The notes under the pieces: generated by a model
What the model was told of the DNA's origin: nothing
Seen by the model: the letters and a program-made list of their open reading frames with translations, nothing else
Databases searched by the model: none
Position numbers and translations under genes: made by a program
DNA from: Octopus bimaculoides
Taxonomy: Eukaryota
Direction: 5' to 3'
NCBI RefSeq assembly: GCF_001194135.2
Contig: NC_068981.1
Span: forward strand, 50,469,364-50,531,820
Length of the DNA: 62,457 nt
Shown: positions 24,400 through 37,113 of the stretch, in pieces
How positions within the stretch are numbered: position 1 is the first letter of the stretch
How the letters are laid out: every line of letters begins with the position of its first letter

Positions 24400-26556
24400 A
24401 TAATTAAAGATTCATCACTGTGTTTAAATAAATTTGGAACGTTTTAGTCATTTAAGCCACTACTCTTGATTTTTGTCGGAGTATGCGTCCTTCAGGCTGC
24501 AAAAAGGAATTTTTTTGAAGAAAAGGCAATACACAATGCTGTCACAATTATATTTCCAACCGTCATCTATTTCTGGTTGGCTTTTTTCTTTTGAAAATAT
24601 TTTAAAGCTCAGATATTTTTCTTCACTTATTTCCAAATGTTTACTTTATATTCAAGTGTTTAATTTTGGTGCGAACTTCTTTATGAATTGTAGCTATATT
24701 GTTTTTCGGAAGTTTGGATCGTTTCTTGGGCATTTTGAATTTTGTTTCTTCACATATTTCGAAATGTTTCCTCAGTGGAATTTTCTGTAGCTCCTCTTGT
24801 CGGTTATGTTGTCTGTGAATTCTTTCTCGTTGACAAAGGGAATTATTGGTTTCGCCAATATACTTTTCCTTGCATTTGGGACAAGTAATGCAGTATATGA
24901 TGTTTTGCATCTTGCAATACATATTTGCATTTAATTTTATGTGAGTGTCCTTGTCTACATATTTGTAGTTATTGTTGTTGTTGTTGCATATTCCACATCT
25001 TCTGTCTTAACATTTGTTTACGGAGAATTCTATTTCATTCTTTGATTTGAATGTTACTCTTTTAAATTATTTTTTAAGGTTTATTTTCCTGGCGTTTACT
25101 ATTTCGCAGATCGGTTTTGCCTATCATTTTTCTCATTTTGGGGCTCTGTAAGTGTATTGGTAGGTTTTAGTGTATAATGTGGAAAATATTGGTTATTCCA
25201 GGGTTGCATGTATTAATAAATAGAATAGTATGTCTTTGTCATTATTTTCTATTAGAGTCCTTAGCTGTGTGATGTCTAATTTCATTCCCTTCGAGATTCC
25301 ATTATTTATAAGTTTCACAGGGTAATTTTGTTCTTGTAAGAAACTTTTGAGTTCATCAAGTCTAATTTGGCATATTTGTGGGTCACTTACTATGGTGCAG
25401 ATGCGTCTTGCCATGTTGTATGAGATGTTCCTTTTTATGTGTGAGGGGTGGCAAGAATAGAAATTTAAATATCTGTGTGTGTCTTTTCTTTTGTAAAACC
25501 TGTTTGTTAAGACAGTAGAGTTGTGTATTTTGATGTGAATATCTAGGAATGGTAGTTCATTGTAGCTGGTTTCTGTTGCGAATTTGATAGATGGGTGCAG
25601 TGTGTTGAGAGTAATTTGAAATGCTAGTAGGTCGTCCTTGTTCTATCCCACAAAATGAAGCATTTATCGAGGTAGCACTTCCACTTCTTCACAATGTTTT
25701 CTTTGAAGTTGTGATCAAAGGTCTTTCCTACCTCCACGTAAAGTTTACCTACTAGGTAACCCGTGACTAGGTTGGCATATGAGGGTGCAAATTTAATATC
25801 CATAGCCGTACCCTTTGTCTGTCGGTATATCTTATTATTAAATCTGAAGGTGTTTTCTTCTAGTACTAGACGTGTGGCTTTGGTAATGATGGCTGTTTTG
25901 AAATGTTCATCTTTACAGCCACTGTGTTTCTCCAGCCAGTGTTTAACCGCTTTCAGGCCTCAGATATGTAGTAGTTGGGATAGAGGTTAGTGACGGCAAA
26001 ACTTGGGACAGTAGCTGGAATGTGTTTGAGAAAGTCCATGTCATCCCGTATATAGCTAGATATCAATGGGCATAAGTGTTTGAGGAGTATATGCAAGAGG
26101 CGACTAAATTGTTGCGTAAGGGTTTGGAGGACAGCAAATATAGGTCTCATTTTGAGGTGTGGGGGTCTTCGTATTTTTACAATTGACTCCTCTTTTCATT
26201 CATGGCCCACTGTATCTCGGAACTATTGTGGTTATTTGATCTGTTGAATTTTTTAGTAATTTTTCTTTGTAGTAGTCTGTGTCCACTCTTGTCGGCTTCC
26301 TGTAGGATGGCTGAATTGTCATTCTTTAGACTTTGTAAGGCGTCCTTTTTCTCCTTCATGGAGGTTTTGGTTGCATTTATGCGTACTGGGAGGGAATTTC
26401 GAGATTGTTTATATATATGTATCTAGGTAATTATCGGACCCCTTGTAAGGAGTGAAATGAGATTTTTTTTTTCTTGCAATTGATTCGCCCTCTACTTTTT
26501 TGTTGTCGAAAAATTCTATAAGACGGAGTCCTGAATGTCATCTAGAATTTCAACAA
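24400..26556 (-). mobile_element. Decayed Penelope-like retroelement (Neptune-like): RT, thumb, Cys linker and C-terminal GIY-YIG
   Basis: Minus-strand motifs in order: ADK; RPI...SYIRDDMDFL...TNLY; QTKGTAMDIKFAPSYANL; YLDK (YLDD-like); FLDIHI...YLNFYSCHP; RRICTIVSD...RLDELK..L..QNYP; KC*DRRCGIC; NIIYCITCPKCKEKYIGET. Many stops and frameshifts. Confidence 0.92.
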
Positions 26557-26722
26557 CCCTGAATAAAACCAGAACATTAGTTAAAGAATATCAGGATTCC
26601 TTCAGAGATAAATAAAAGGGAGTACCTATGCAACTCCATAATCAAAGAAAGCAATTTCTACGGATTGCCCAAAATCTACAAATTTCCGAGATACAGTGGA
26701 ACATAAATGAAAGAAGAGTCTG
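26557..26722 (+). mobile_element. Inverted RT fragment of the same PLE family
   Basis: Reads EYLCNSIIKESNFYGLPKIYK. Its end TTCCGAGATACAGTGG matches the reverse complement of ~26208-26223. Confidence 0.8.
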
Positions 26723-26805
26723 CCCATCTATCCATCTTTCTATCTATCTCTATCTATCTATCTAACTCTCTGTCTAGGTATGTAACTATCACTGTCTTTC
26801 TCAAT

Positions 26806-26845
<40 letters not shown>

Positions 26846-27985
26846 NNNNNNNNNNNNNNNNNNNNNNNNNNNNNNNNNNNNNNNNNNNNNNNNNNNNNNN
26901 NNNNNNNNNNNNNNNNNNNNNNNNNNNNNNNNNNNNNNNNNNNNNNNNNNNNNNNNNNNNNNNNNNNNNNNNNNNNNNNNNNNNNNNNNNNNNNNNNNNN
27001 NNNNNNNNNNNNNNNNNNNNNNNNNNNNNNNNNNNNNNNNNNNNNNNNNNNNNNNNNNNNNNNNNNNNNNNNNNNNNNNNNNNNNNNNNNNNNNNNNNNN
27101 NNNNNNNNNNNNNNNNNNNNNNNNNNNNNNNNNNNNNNNNNNNNNNNNNNNNNNNNNNNNNNNNNNNNNNNNNNNNNNNNNNNNNNNNNNNNNNNNNNNN
27201 NNNNNNNNNNNNNNNNNNNNNNNNNNNNNNNNNNNNNNNNNNNNNNNNNNNNNNNNNNNNNNNNNNNNNNNNNNNNNNNNNNNNNNNNNNNNNNNNNNNN
27301 NNNNNNNNNNNNNNNNNNNNNNNNNNNNNNNNNNNNNNNNNNNNNNNNNNNNNNNNNNNNNNNNNTATATATATATATATATATCAGTGTATATAGTTAG
27401 AGGCAGAAAGAAAAAGTAAATGGAAAAAGAAGGAAAAATAATAATACATGCTGAGATATTGCAAGTATCACTTAATTTCTGTTTTAAGGTGAATAAAATT
27501 ACGAATTCATGCAACCTTCGAGAAAGTGATGTAATTTGCCAATATATTAAATCAATGGAGATAACCATACTGCACAAATATGCTTCAGCACATATATGAA
27601 TATATTATTATTATTCCTTCCCTCAAGACCAATATTTCCACACATGCAAGCACGCAGTATTAATCTGTATGTATGCAATGTGTAGTTTCCAATGATTATT
27701 TAATTTTCAGATATTAAATTTAATAAAAAACACATTTTTGTATGTATCGATATGGAAAATATCCACTTAATATTCGCATTAAAAATTAAAGACAATAACA
27801 ATCCACATCATAAATATACATACATACATAAATATATACACACATACGTACATACATACAGGCATACATACGTGCATACAGGCATACATACTTACATACA
27901 GGCATACATACGTGCATTCATACATGAATACACGCATGCATACATATATACATACATACATAAGTACGTTGATATATATATACAC

Positions 27986-28129
<144 letters not shown>

Positions 28130-28658
28130 CTGCATGTAAATATGTTTGCCAAATACTACAATAGATAATGTATAGAGTAGAAAATATTAAATCAACCACT
28201 GAAAACGTATATAAAATTAACATAGCTCATAATAGAATAGCTCACACATACATACTCCATTAATTACAGGCCATTCTTTAGAACATTTTTAATATTTTAG
28301 TGAATTTTATATAATACTCAAATGAACAACGTATCAATAAACACAACAACAATAAATTTAGATACAGCTCCAAATATACGGTAAATGCTTAAGCTAAAAA
28401 CACAGCAAAACAACGTCTAATATGAAATAAATGAAAGATAATAAATAAGCATTACGAAAACATCATTTTTATTTTCTTTGAATAATAAAGTATAAGACAA
28501 AATGCCCTACAAAAAAAAAGCAATCTGAAATAAAATACACAATTTCGAATAATATAGTAATTAAACGAATAAATAAGACTATGAATATTTAAAAAACAAT
28601 ATAAAGCAACTACAATACTAATGTAAAGAATACAAATATTAATAAGAGCAGGTAAAAA

Positions 28659-28782
28659 GGAGGAGGAGGAGGAGGGGGAGGGCGAGGAGAAGGAGGCGTA
28701 AGGGGAGGAGGAGAAGGAGGCGTAAGGGGAGGAGGAGAAGGAGGCGTAAGGGGAGGAGGACGGTGACGACGACGACGACGAC

Positions 28783-28836
<54 letters not shown>

Positions 28837-28840
28837 GATA
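28659..28840. repeat. Compound repeat: (GGA)n, 24-bp unit x3 (28684-28755), (GAC)n, (GAT)n
   Basis: GAGGAGAAGGAGGCGTAAGGGGAG occurs three times, followed by trinucleotide runs. Confidence 0.95.
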
Positions 28841-30648
28841 ATGTTGATTAATGTATGAATGAATAAATCAATGAAAGGATGAATAATAAATATCGAAAAC
28901 CGAAAATATTTTCGATTGCCATATCTTGAGGACAAAAATTAGATAAAAGTAAATAAATTGTTTAAAACTCAATTTCAAACGTAAAACTCCTTTGATATTG
29001 ATACTGCAAAACACACAAAACATAAAACTGCAACAAGAATATCAGCAACAATAAGAAACAGCAGCAACTGCCACAACAAGGCGTCTGTGCAAATGTAACA
29101 AACAACAATCATAACAACTGCAACAACAGCTCAGACAATAAATACAGGACTATGACAATCGGCGTCAAAGATTATTAAAAAATGTAGCAATAAACAGAAG
29201 GAAAAAATGAAGTGGATAATATGAATAACTTTAAAAACAGCACGATTGACAATGACAGCATCACAAATATCACCAAATGCAATTACTTATTTTCAATACT
29301 TAACAGTAGCTATGGTTACGACATCTTTGTTTGTGAATTTAAAGTAACATTTCAATTAGAATTTAGCTCAATGGTACATATAGACAAAAGAAATTTAAAA
29401 TTCGTGCTCCTATCATTCAAATATTTACAATTTCATTGCTTTGACATTAAACTACTGTTTTACTTTGTGGTTTTTATGAAAATATATGCATATAAAGTCT
29501 CTATTCGAAAGAGATGAAAACACTCTAAAACAATTCTATAATAACAAGGATTTCAAAGCATTTTTAGAGCTGCGCATAACATATGAAATGAATATAGAAT
29601 GTTTATTAATTGGTATGGGGGACCACAGATAAAATACATGTTGGTTGGTTCTGAATTCAGAGAGTAAAAGGATGTATCTAACATTTCGACATTTTGTCCA
29701 GCGATGTACAGATAATGATATCTTCCAACTTACACATAGGTATTTCTGAAATAATAACTGCTTCTAATTTAAGCCCTTGTTCAACAGTATTCAAGGAGGA
29801 GACAGAGAGAGAGAGAGGAGTAGACGATTACAAAACGACATCACTTTATCGATCCATTGTGGGGGATGAGGCCTAAGTTCACTGCAGGGGAATTTAAACT
29901 CAGGGAGCCGTATGAAATATTGCAAGGTATTTTGTGGGGCGTTCTAGAACCATTCATTCCTGCTCTGCACTGTCAATCTCATTGTTTTCCATTTCTTTCC
30001 ACATTCATAAAGAAGAAAATGCCTGGAATGTTCCGGCACCCTTGAAAGGTAAGGTCCCATGGACAATTCTCAAGCACAATACACATGCACGCAGAAGAGT
30101 TTCAGCTTTCGATAAACAGAGAAATGTGACAAGTCCATAGTACAGGCCACTTAATGTTAGCACGAATTTGCTATCCATGAGTTAAGCTGGTATGCCACAA
30201 CTTTGTCCTCGATATTTGGCCATGTGACCGTTAGTATCTATTTAGGCAAATGAGAATCACCTAGATTTCTGAGATATTCAGCATCATTACGGTGACATAC
30301 GACGCTTAAAACAACACGAAACCCCAAACAGCCTCCAGCTTCTAGTGTAAATGATACACATAGGAGAGATGATAGCGGGCACCTATGATGGACTGAGCGT
30401 CTGATGCAAACAGCTGCGAGAATCTGATTAATATGCAGATACTGCTGTAGTATAACGCAAACCAGTTTCTAGGAATTGCATTTAAAATAGATATTCTTAG
30501 GACAAATGCTGTTGAAGCTGTTGAAATCATTTGAGTAATCAAATTGTTGTAAGTGACATCGAAGCGAGTTTCACTTTCTTTTAAAGATGTATTGCACGAA
30601 GCGTGTAATCTATCCCACCTCTCTTTTTCTCTCTTTCTTTCTCTCTCC

Positions 30649-30692
<44 letters not shown>

Positions 30693-33020
30693 TACACACC
30701 TACACATACCTAGAAGACATAAACAAACATAATTTGTTTCTCATTATACACATACATGTAGTCCTATATTCATATGTATATATATAAAATATGTATATCT
30801 ATACACACACGCAGGCACACATATGTGTGTGTGTATTTGTCGTGTTTTGGCTGTTGCAAATTTGTTTAAAATTTACGCATATATACTTCATCAATACCTA
30901 TTTCAATATTCCTAATCTTGTTATACTTATTCTGATGTCCTTTACATTAAACGTTTAACCTGTGTTCGCCACAACTTGTCCACTGGTGCATTTTACAGAG
31001 TTTACGGTGTTACATACACTCTAGACTACAGCCTTTTCTCAGAGAATATGCCTTCTCTCTTTTCCTCCATCAGTCACAGCGCCTATGAAAATATCAATTG
31101 TATTAAATTATACCAAAGTATTGATGTTTAGAGATGGAGAGAGTGAACGAAAAAGAAGACAAGTAAAGGGGAAAAATTACATCCCAAACTATTTGAAAGC
31201 AGTAAATCTTAAGCATGATTAGCATAACCTTCCAAATTGTGTATTCTTTAATTTCTTACATGTAACACCATGGTTGGTTACTCCTATATCTTAGTTTCTA
31301 CGAAAAGCTATTCATATTAAACATGCGAGTGAAATGCAAGAAACATGCTAAGAAATGCAAGAATTTAAGATGGATGACTGATAATAGACTTATGCAAGCT
31401 ATGTGAATGAAACACAAAGAGAAGAGGAAAATACTTGCTGAGAACGATTATGGTAATAGGCATGTTAAGGCATTGACGGTCACAATGGTGACTTGGACAA
31501 GATCAGAATAATCGATAGAAAATTCAGTATATATAAAAATAAAAAAAACGTGTATAGCTAAACGCTAACCAATAATATTTGTGAGATGAGAAGAGGTTGC
31601 AACCTAAAGATCGCGCTAAATGTGATTGGTTGCTAAGGTGAAAGGACAAAAGATGTTGAAAGGTATGCGAAAAAGGTAATTAAAGGAGTAAAAATGATTG
31701 ATGAACTATATTGCAGATAAATGCATGAAAAGAAGAGATTAATAAAAACGCTGAGAAATATACGAGCTGCAATTGAACAAATTATTTTAATTTTTGCCTG
31801 TGTTATTGTTTTCGTTGTCATTTTTATTGCCAGTGTTATATGGTTATATGTAGCGTTACGCTTAAATAGCTTGCACCATGTTTACTTTATTTTGTAGTCT
31901 TACGAAACAATCGAAAAAACTAGAATTTACATGCAGTTGTTATCTGCGGTAATTATGCCTGCTCTGATGGTGGAAACAGTGTTGGCATTGTTGATTTTGT
32001 GACGGTTGTTGTTGGCAGTGGAGAGTAAAGAGGGCATAGTATTTACTTTGATGACTGATGGATGGAAAGAGACATTTTGAGGATATTCTTTCTCCCCGGT
32101 GTTTATACTTAACCTATTGGTAACTATATTTTTTATTATGCATTCTTTAATATCAACTAACATTTATATCATATGAAATAAAATCATTAATCAGTTACAC
32201 AAAATCATGGACCTGCACAAGACATGCCACAGTCTCATTAGCAGAGCAGCATCTGCTGTGACTGTAGAGATCCAGATGTGAGTGACTTGCCGATTGCAGT
32301 TAATGCAGTTGAAGGCACATACTGACAGGCGTGAAACGGTGCTGTGTTACAATAGATTTTAATTATTTTCTTCAGCAAACCTCAGCACTATTGTCTACTT
32401 CCACTCTACAACGGGAGACTGGAACATTCACTCACTTTGTAATGTTGATGTAAAAATACATAAAGTGTCCCTCTGGCAGAAATCTTCGAGACAAGTCGAT
32501 AGAACTGGTTAGCTTTGGTCGACACTCTGTCTAGGAGAAGGAATACTCTGATTTAAAATCCTGGGTATATAGGCGTCCTTAGCCAACTGGCGACAACCAG
32601 TCAGTGACCAACGGCTTTATCCTTGGGATGAAGGCAGATCAATCACGAACCGGCAGCTAGCTTCTGACTAATGATCCGATGAAGATGCGAGACCAACCGA
32701 CGTCATCCGTTTCCGAGTGAGAATCATGGTCATGATATGAATGGCAAGTGTCCGGGATTTCCAACACTCAGAAATAAGAATGGGAATAGTCCTAACTTAT
32801 GGCTCAGGTTGGCTGACAATCATTCTAAAGAGGGTTTCTCGATAAAAATACTGGTTGGAGACTAATCTTTACAACACAAACCTCAATATTGAGTGAAACT
32901 ATCCACTAAAAGTCTATCGAATAATGGTGCGAGTGAGGCAGAAATTAACGGTGAAGGTATTTCGGCCAGCAGGTGTTTTGTGGTCAAACAGTGCAGTCTG
33001 GTCATCATCCAGAAACGCAA

Positions 33021-33023
33021 GAG

Positions 33024-33057
<34 letters not shown>

Positions 33058-33069
33058 GAAGAAAGAAAA

Positions 33070-33109
<40 letters not shown>

Positions 33110-33110
33110 A
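33021..33110. repeat. (GAAA)n microsatellite
   Basis: Direct reading. Confidence 0.95.
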
Positions 33111-33119
33111 ACAAAAACT

Positions 33120-33990
33120 TCAGTAGCCAGATATACCCAAAATCTAACTGAAGCAGTAGGAGGGATCAAAGAATAAACAGAATCAACAAAATGAACAAAT
33201 CAAATGAAAATGCCGAGCCAATTCAAACCACAAATTGAAAATGTAATTTTGAATGTGGTTTGACAAAGAGGAATCTGAGACGAGAAGCGGAAACATTAAT
33301 TAAAGTGGATCAGGAACAAGATCTTAGAGCAAATCTGATCAAGGTAAAGATGGACGAAAGTGAGAAACACAACAAATGTAGAAGACATGTACAATCTGCA
33401 GCAAAAGAGAGGAGTGTATCAATTATAGTTTGCATGGGTGCAGTATACTAGAACAAGAGTAATACAAGCACGGACAAGACTGTGCATGCAAATAAGTGTA
33501 TTTGGATTTAAGTCGAGTATGTGGATTATGGTCAAATCAACAGAAAACTGGTATAAACACTAACCAGAGGCTATGGCAGAAAACGAGAATTACAAGATTT
33601 GTGGGACTTCACCATAAAAACTGAACAACCTATTGAGCTACGAAGACCAGATATGTTTATAGAGGACTAAATAAACAAACAGTGCAAAATCATTTGTTTT
33701 GTAATTCTCTATGATAGCAAATTCCATTAAAAAAAAACAAATGAATAAAGTGAGAAATACCAGCATCGAGCCAGGGCGTCGAGCAGACTGTGGAAGACGA
33801 AGAAAACAATTGTTCCTGCAGAAAGAGGTACTCATGGCACAGTACCGAAGGTTCTACTTAAAAGTCTGAGAGAAATTTTAATTGAAACTTACATCATTGA
33901 CTTGCAGAAGATTACCATTTTGTATTCTACAAGAAGGCTGACAAAAATTCTTGGATTTGAGAGACTTGCTTTTATCTAATCTGAAGATAA
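33120..33990 (+). mobile_element. R4/Dong-type non-LTR retrotransposon 3' fragment (CCHC knuckle and RLE nuclease), copy 1
   Basis: LRREAETLIKVDQEQDLRANLIKVKMD...KCR; WYKH*PE..AENE.YKI-WDFTIKT...IELRRPD; SRLW...IVP..RG..GTVPK. Confidence 0.8.
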
Positions 33991-34059
33991 AATACCTGCT
34001 GGTATTAACCGGTTATGCTTGAAAACATACTCGTGGGGAAGAGGTATAAATCCTATAGG

Positions 34060-35030
34060 AGTGAGCAGAGACGGAAAGAAAGAAACCTAGCATATTTGCA
34101 AGGCAGTACAGAGAAATTACAAACGCTGTGTATAAAGAACATGGGATGAAAATGACAAGAATGAAATTCAAAGAGAGCATGTTAAAGAGGTTGAAGAGAA
34201 ACCCTGCTTGTTAAGATTTGGAAAGCCACTGAGGTTGTATGTCGAACATAAATCTGGGTATATTTGAAAAGAATGCAATTAGAGAGAGAGTACAAAAACG
34301 CCACTTAAAGCAGCTGAAGACCAAGCGTTAAAAACAAGCTAGAGAAAATACGTGTGGAAATTGGGTCAGTAAAATGTAGATTGTGTGGAATTTAGATGAA
34401 ACAATGGCACACATTGTTGCAGAATGCTCCTAGGTTGGTTCAGGGAGTATATAAGAAGTGGAGGCATGACTAGGGTGTGAATGTTAATGTTTTGCGCTGG
34501 AAACTTTGTGAGAAATGGCGATTTGAAGCTGAAAATACTTGGTATCATCATTGAGTTGAAAAAGTGCTTGAGTTGGAGAAATGCAAGATTTTATGGTATT
34601 TTCCTATTCCAACAAATGAGAAGATAGAAAATGATATACCAGTCATACCAAAGTAAGGCTGTGAAAAACAAGAGAAAGTGAAGTTTCTTATTAATTGATC
34701 TATCATGTCTGTTTAATTCTAGGAATGTAAGGAATGCAGGAAATCTTTTAAAATACAATCCCTGAAAATCTGAAATTGTAAGAATTGTGTATATGAAAAC
34801 TCTAAATGCTGGGTCTGTAATAATTAGTGCATAAGGAACTTTGAGTAAAGCTATAAACTAGTATTTGAAGGAGATTGGAATAGAATTCCTTGCGGAACTT
34901 GCATAGAAGTTTTACCTCTTAGAGAAGATTATCGAAAGAGTTTTGAGCACTTGAAGGATTATTAAAAGCTTGTTCATATTTACGGTTACAGATAGTGACC
35001 TGACGCCTACATAAATTTTAGCAGGAATGT
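34060..35030 (+). mobile_element. R4/Dong-type non-LTR retrotransposon 3' fragment, copy 2 (divergent from copy 1)
   Basis: AAEDQALKT; KCRLCG...DETMAHIVAEC; YKKWRHD; WKLCEKW; EKVLELEKCKILW; LIDLSC. Confidence 0.8.
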
Positions 35031-35464
35031 GGACAAACTTGGGTCAAATCCAATAATAGTAATAATTCTGATACAAGTAGAGTAATTTGGGGGAAGTTTG
35101 TATCTCGAATACATACATTAAATGTTCAACTAATACATATTTTGTCGAGCACGAGAAAATAAAAGGCAAAGTTGACTTTGGCGGTATTTTGTCCTGCGCG
35201 GTAACATATAGTTCAAGGGTACTAGCTGAAGAAATTCAATAGTTTACATGGGAGACTGAGGGAACAACTTCAACATTGCCTTAATCGAGGAATGATATCA
35301 GATTGGACGAATAGAAGGAGGAAAATACTCACCATGAAAGATAAGTGCAAGGGTAATACAGAGAGCAACTATAGACTAAGCGCTTCCTTACCATTAGTGT
35401 AGAAGATGTTTACAGGAGTGCATTCAGAAAGCATTTACGAGCACCTTCACAATCAGAAAATTTT

Positions 35465-35575
35465 GAAATGGTGTGCATTGCTCAAGGAGATAATGTGGCG
35501 TACGGTCCAGGAGCTGAGCCCACGGGCGTATGGTAATGAGCCTAGTATTTTAACCAAATGGTCATGCTCCTTCGC
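35465..35575 (-). mobile_element. SINE family B head remnant
   Basis: TTGCTCAAGGAGA...GGTCCAGGA...CCTAGTATTTTAACCAAATGGTCATGC is similar to 23415-23500. Confidence 0.45.
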
Positions 35576-35989
35576 ATCAAATCTGAACAATTAGAAAATA
35601 AAATATCAGCACAACACATGCAACATATTAACCTAAGCTGTCGACTTCGTCTAAAGTATTCCAAAAGGCACTAAGACACTCTAACTGAAAGAATATACGA
35701 ACCTCAAGGTTCCCGGTGTAGTTTCTGGAAATAGCAAACAAGACTCCCTCAAATCACAACATTCTATCTGATAAATAAAACCATTGAAAATGTAATCCGA
35801 TATACACCGTCTGAAAACAAAAAGAAGACGAGATAATTACGGCTGCAATACGTTTTCGTCACAAATGTCAGCTCTAGTCCAGCCTGTTCTGAGGGATAAA
35901 CAAAGAGATATGCCATATGCCATGAAATATCACCTCACTTTTAAAATAATTCCTACTTATGAATATAATATTCTGCACACCATCCACTA

Positions 35990-36751
35990 TTCAGTAGTGA
36001 TTATATAGAATACATAGTGTGAGTGCACAGAGAGAATTGTATGAATTGTGTCAGTAACACTTGTGAAAAATGTAAGATACTCTTGCGTAGTTATCATTGG
36101 ATTGTGCAATATTATGAACCCTGTTGTTTCTTTTATTCATTAATTACGAAAGAAAGGGAAACATACGTTCTTATGCAAACAAATTACTTCACCCACATAG
36201 TGGGTGAGTTTCCCTGTTTGATGTTGTAGATGTCACCATATATCTTTTCAAAAGATTGTTATAAAACAAGTACAAAAAGATTGGTTTCCCAACAATTCAG
36301 ATAGGAATATACTATAATCATCCATCAAACACAGAGCCTAACACTTTTTTGATCACAATAATCTGTGATCTGCGATGTGTTTTTAAGACCGAAAAAAAGA
36401 TCAAAACAACAATTTTCAAATATAATTACCAAAGAATGGACAAAAAATCTTTGCCTCTGACCAAATCACTGCCCCGAGAGTCGTAGTGCAACTCTCAAAT
36501 CAAAATACAAGGATCTTCAAATGCCAGGAAAATGAATGTGGGCAGAGATGTAAAAACTCAACGCAGCTACAGATAAAGGGCGTTAAACTGGAACACCAAT
36601 GAATAAAAGAAACAACAGGGTTCATAATATTGCACAATCCAATGATAACTACGCAAGAGTATCTCACATTTTTCACAAGTGTTACTGACACAATTCATAC
36701 AATTCTCTCTGTGCACTCACACTGTATGTATTCTATATAATCACTACTGAA
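35990..36751. mobile_element. Foldback/MITE-like DNA element with ~153-bp terminal inverted repeats and TA flanks
   Basis: The arms 35990-36141 and 36598-36751 differ by one substitution and a 2-bp indel. TA lies at 35988-35989 and 36752-36753. The spacer is 456 bp. Confidence 0.85.
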
Positions 36752-37113
36752 TAAAAAGTGTTACGTAATGAAATAATACGACACCCATAGAACATGTTTC
36801 CCAATAAACAAATGAGGCAGAAAAGAAGCTCTAACTAAATATAGTACAAAAGATTTATTGGGCATTGTAATTTGAAGTCGTCTTCTATAATTTTTCATAT
36901 TAACTAAACAAACTAGACAGTAAATCTACAACAAGCTTCAAAGATACTGGCAGAGAGGGGTTGGTAATCAAGTACCCGATGTCACAAAATTAGACAGTTG
37001 TAGAAATATCAATATCAGGCGGCAACGATGCACGTATATCCAGGTTTATGATATTGGCCTGGCACTCACCAGACCACTGTGCTCGCGAGGAACGAAAATC
37101 TAAGATAAACAAA

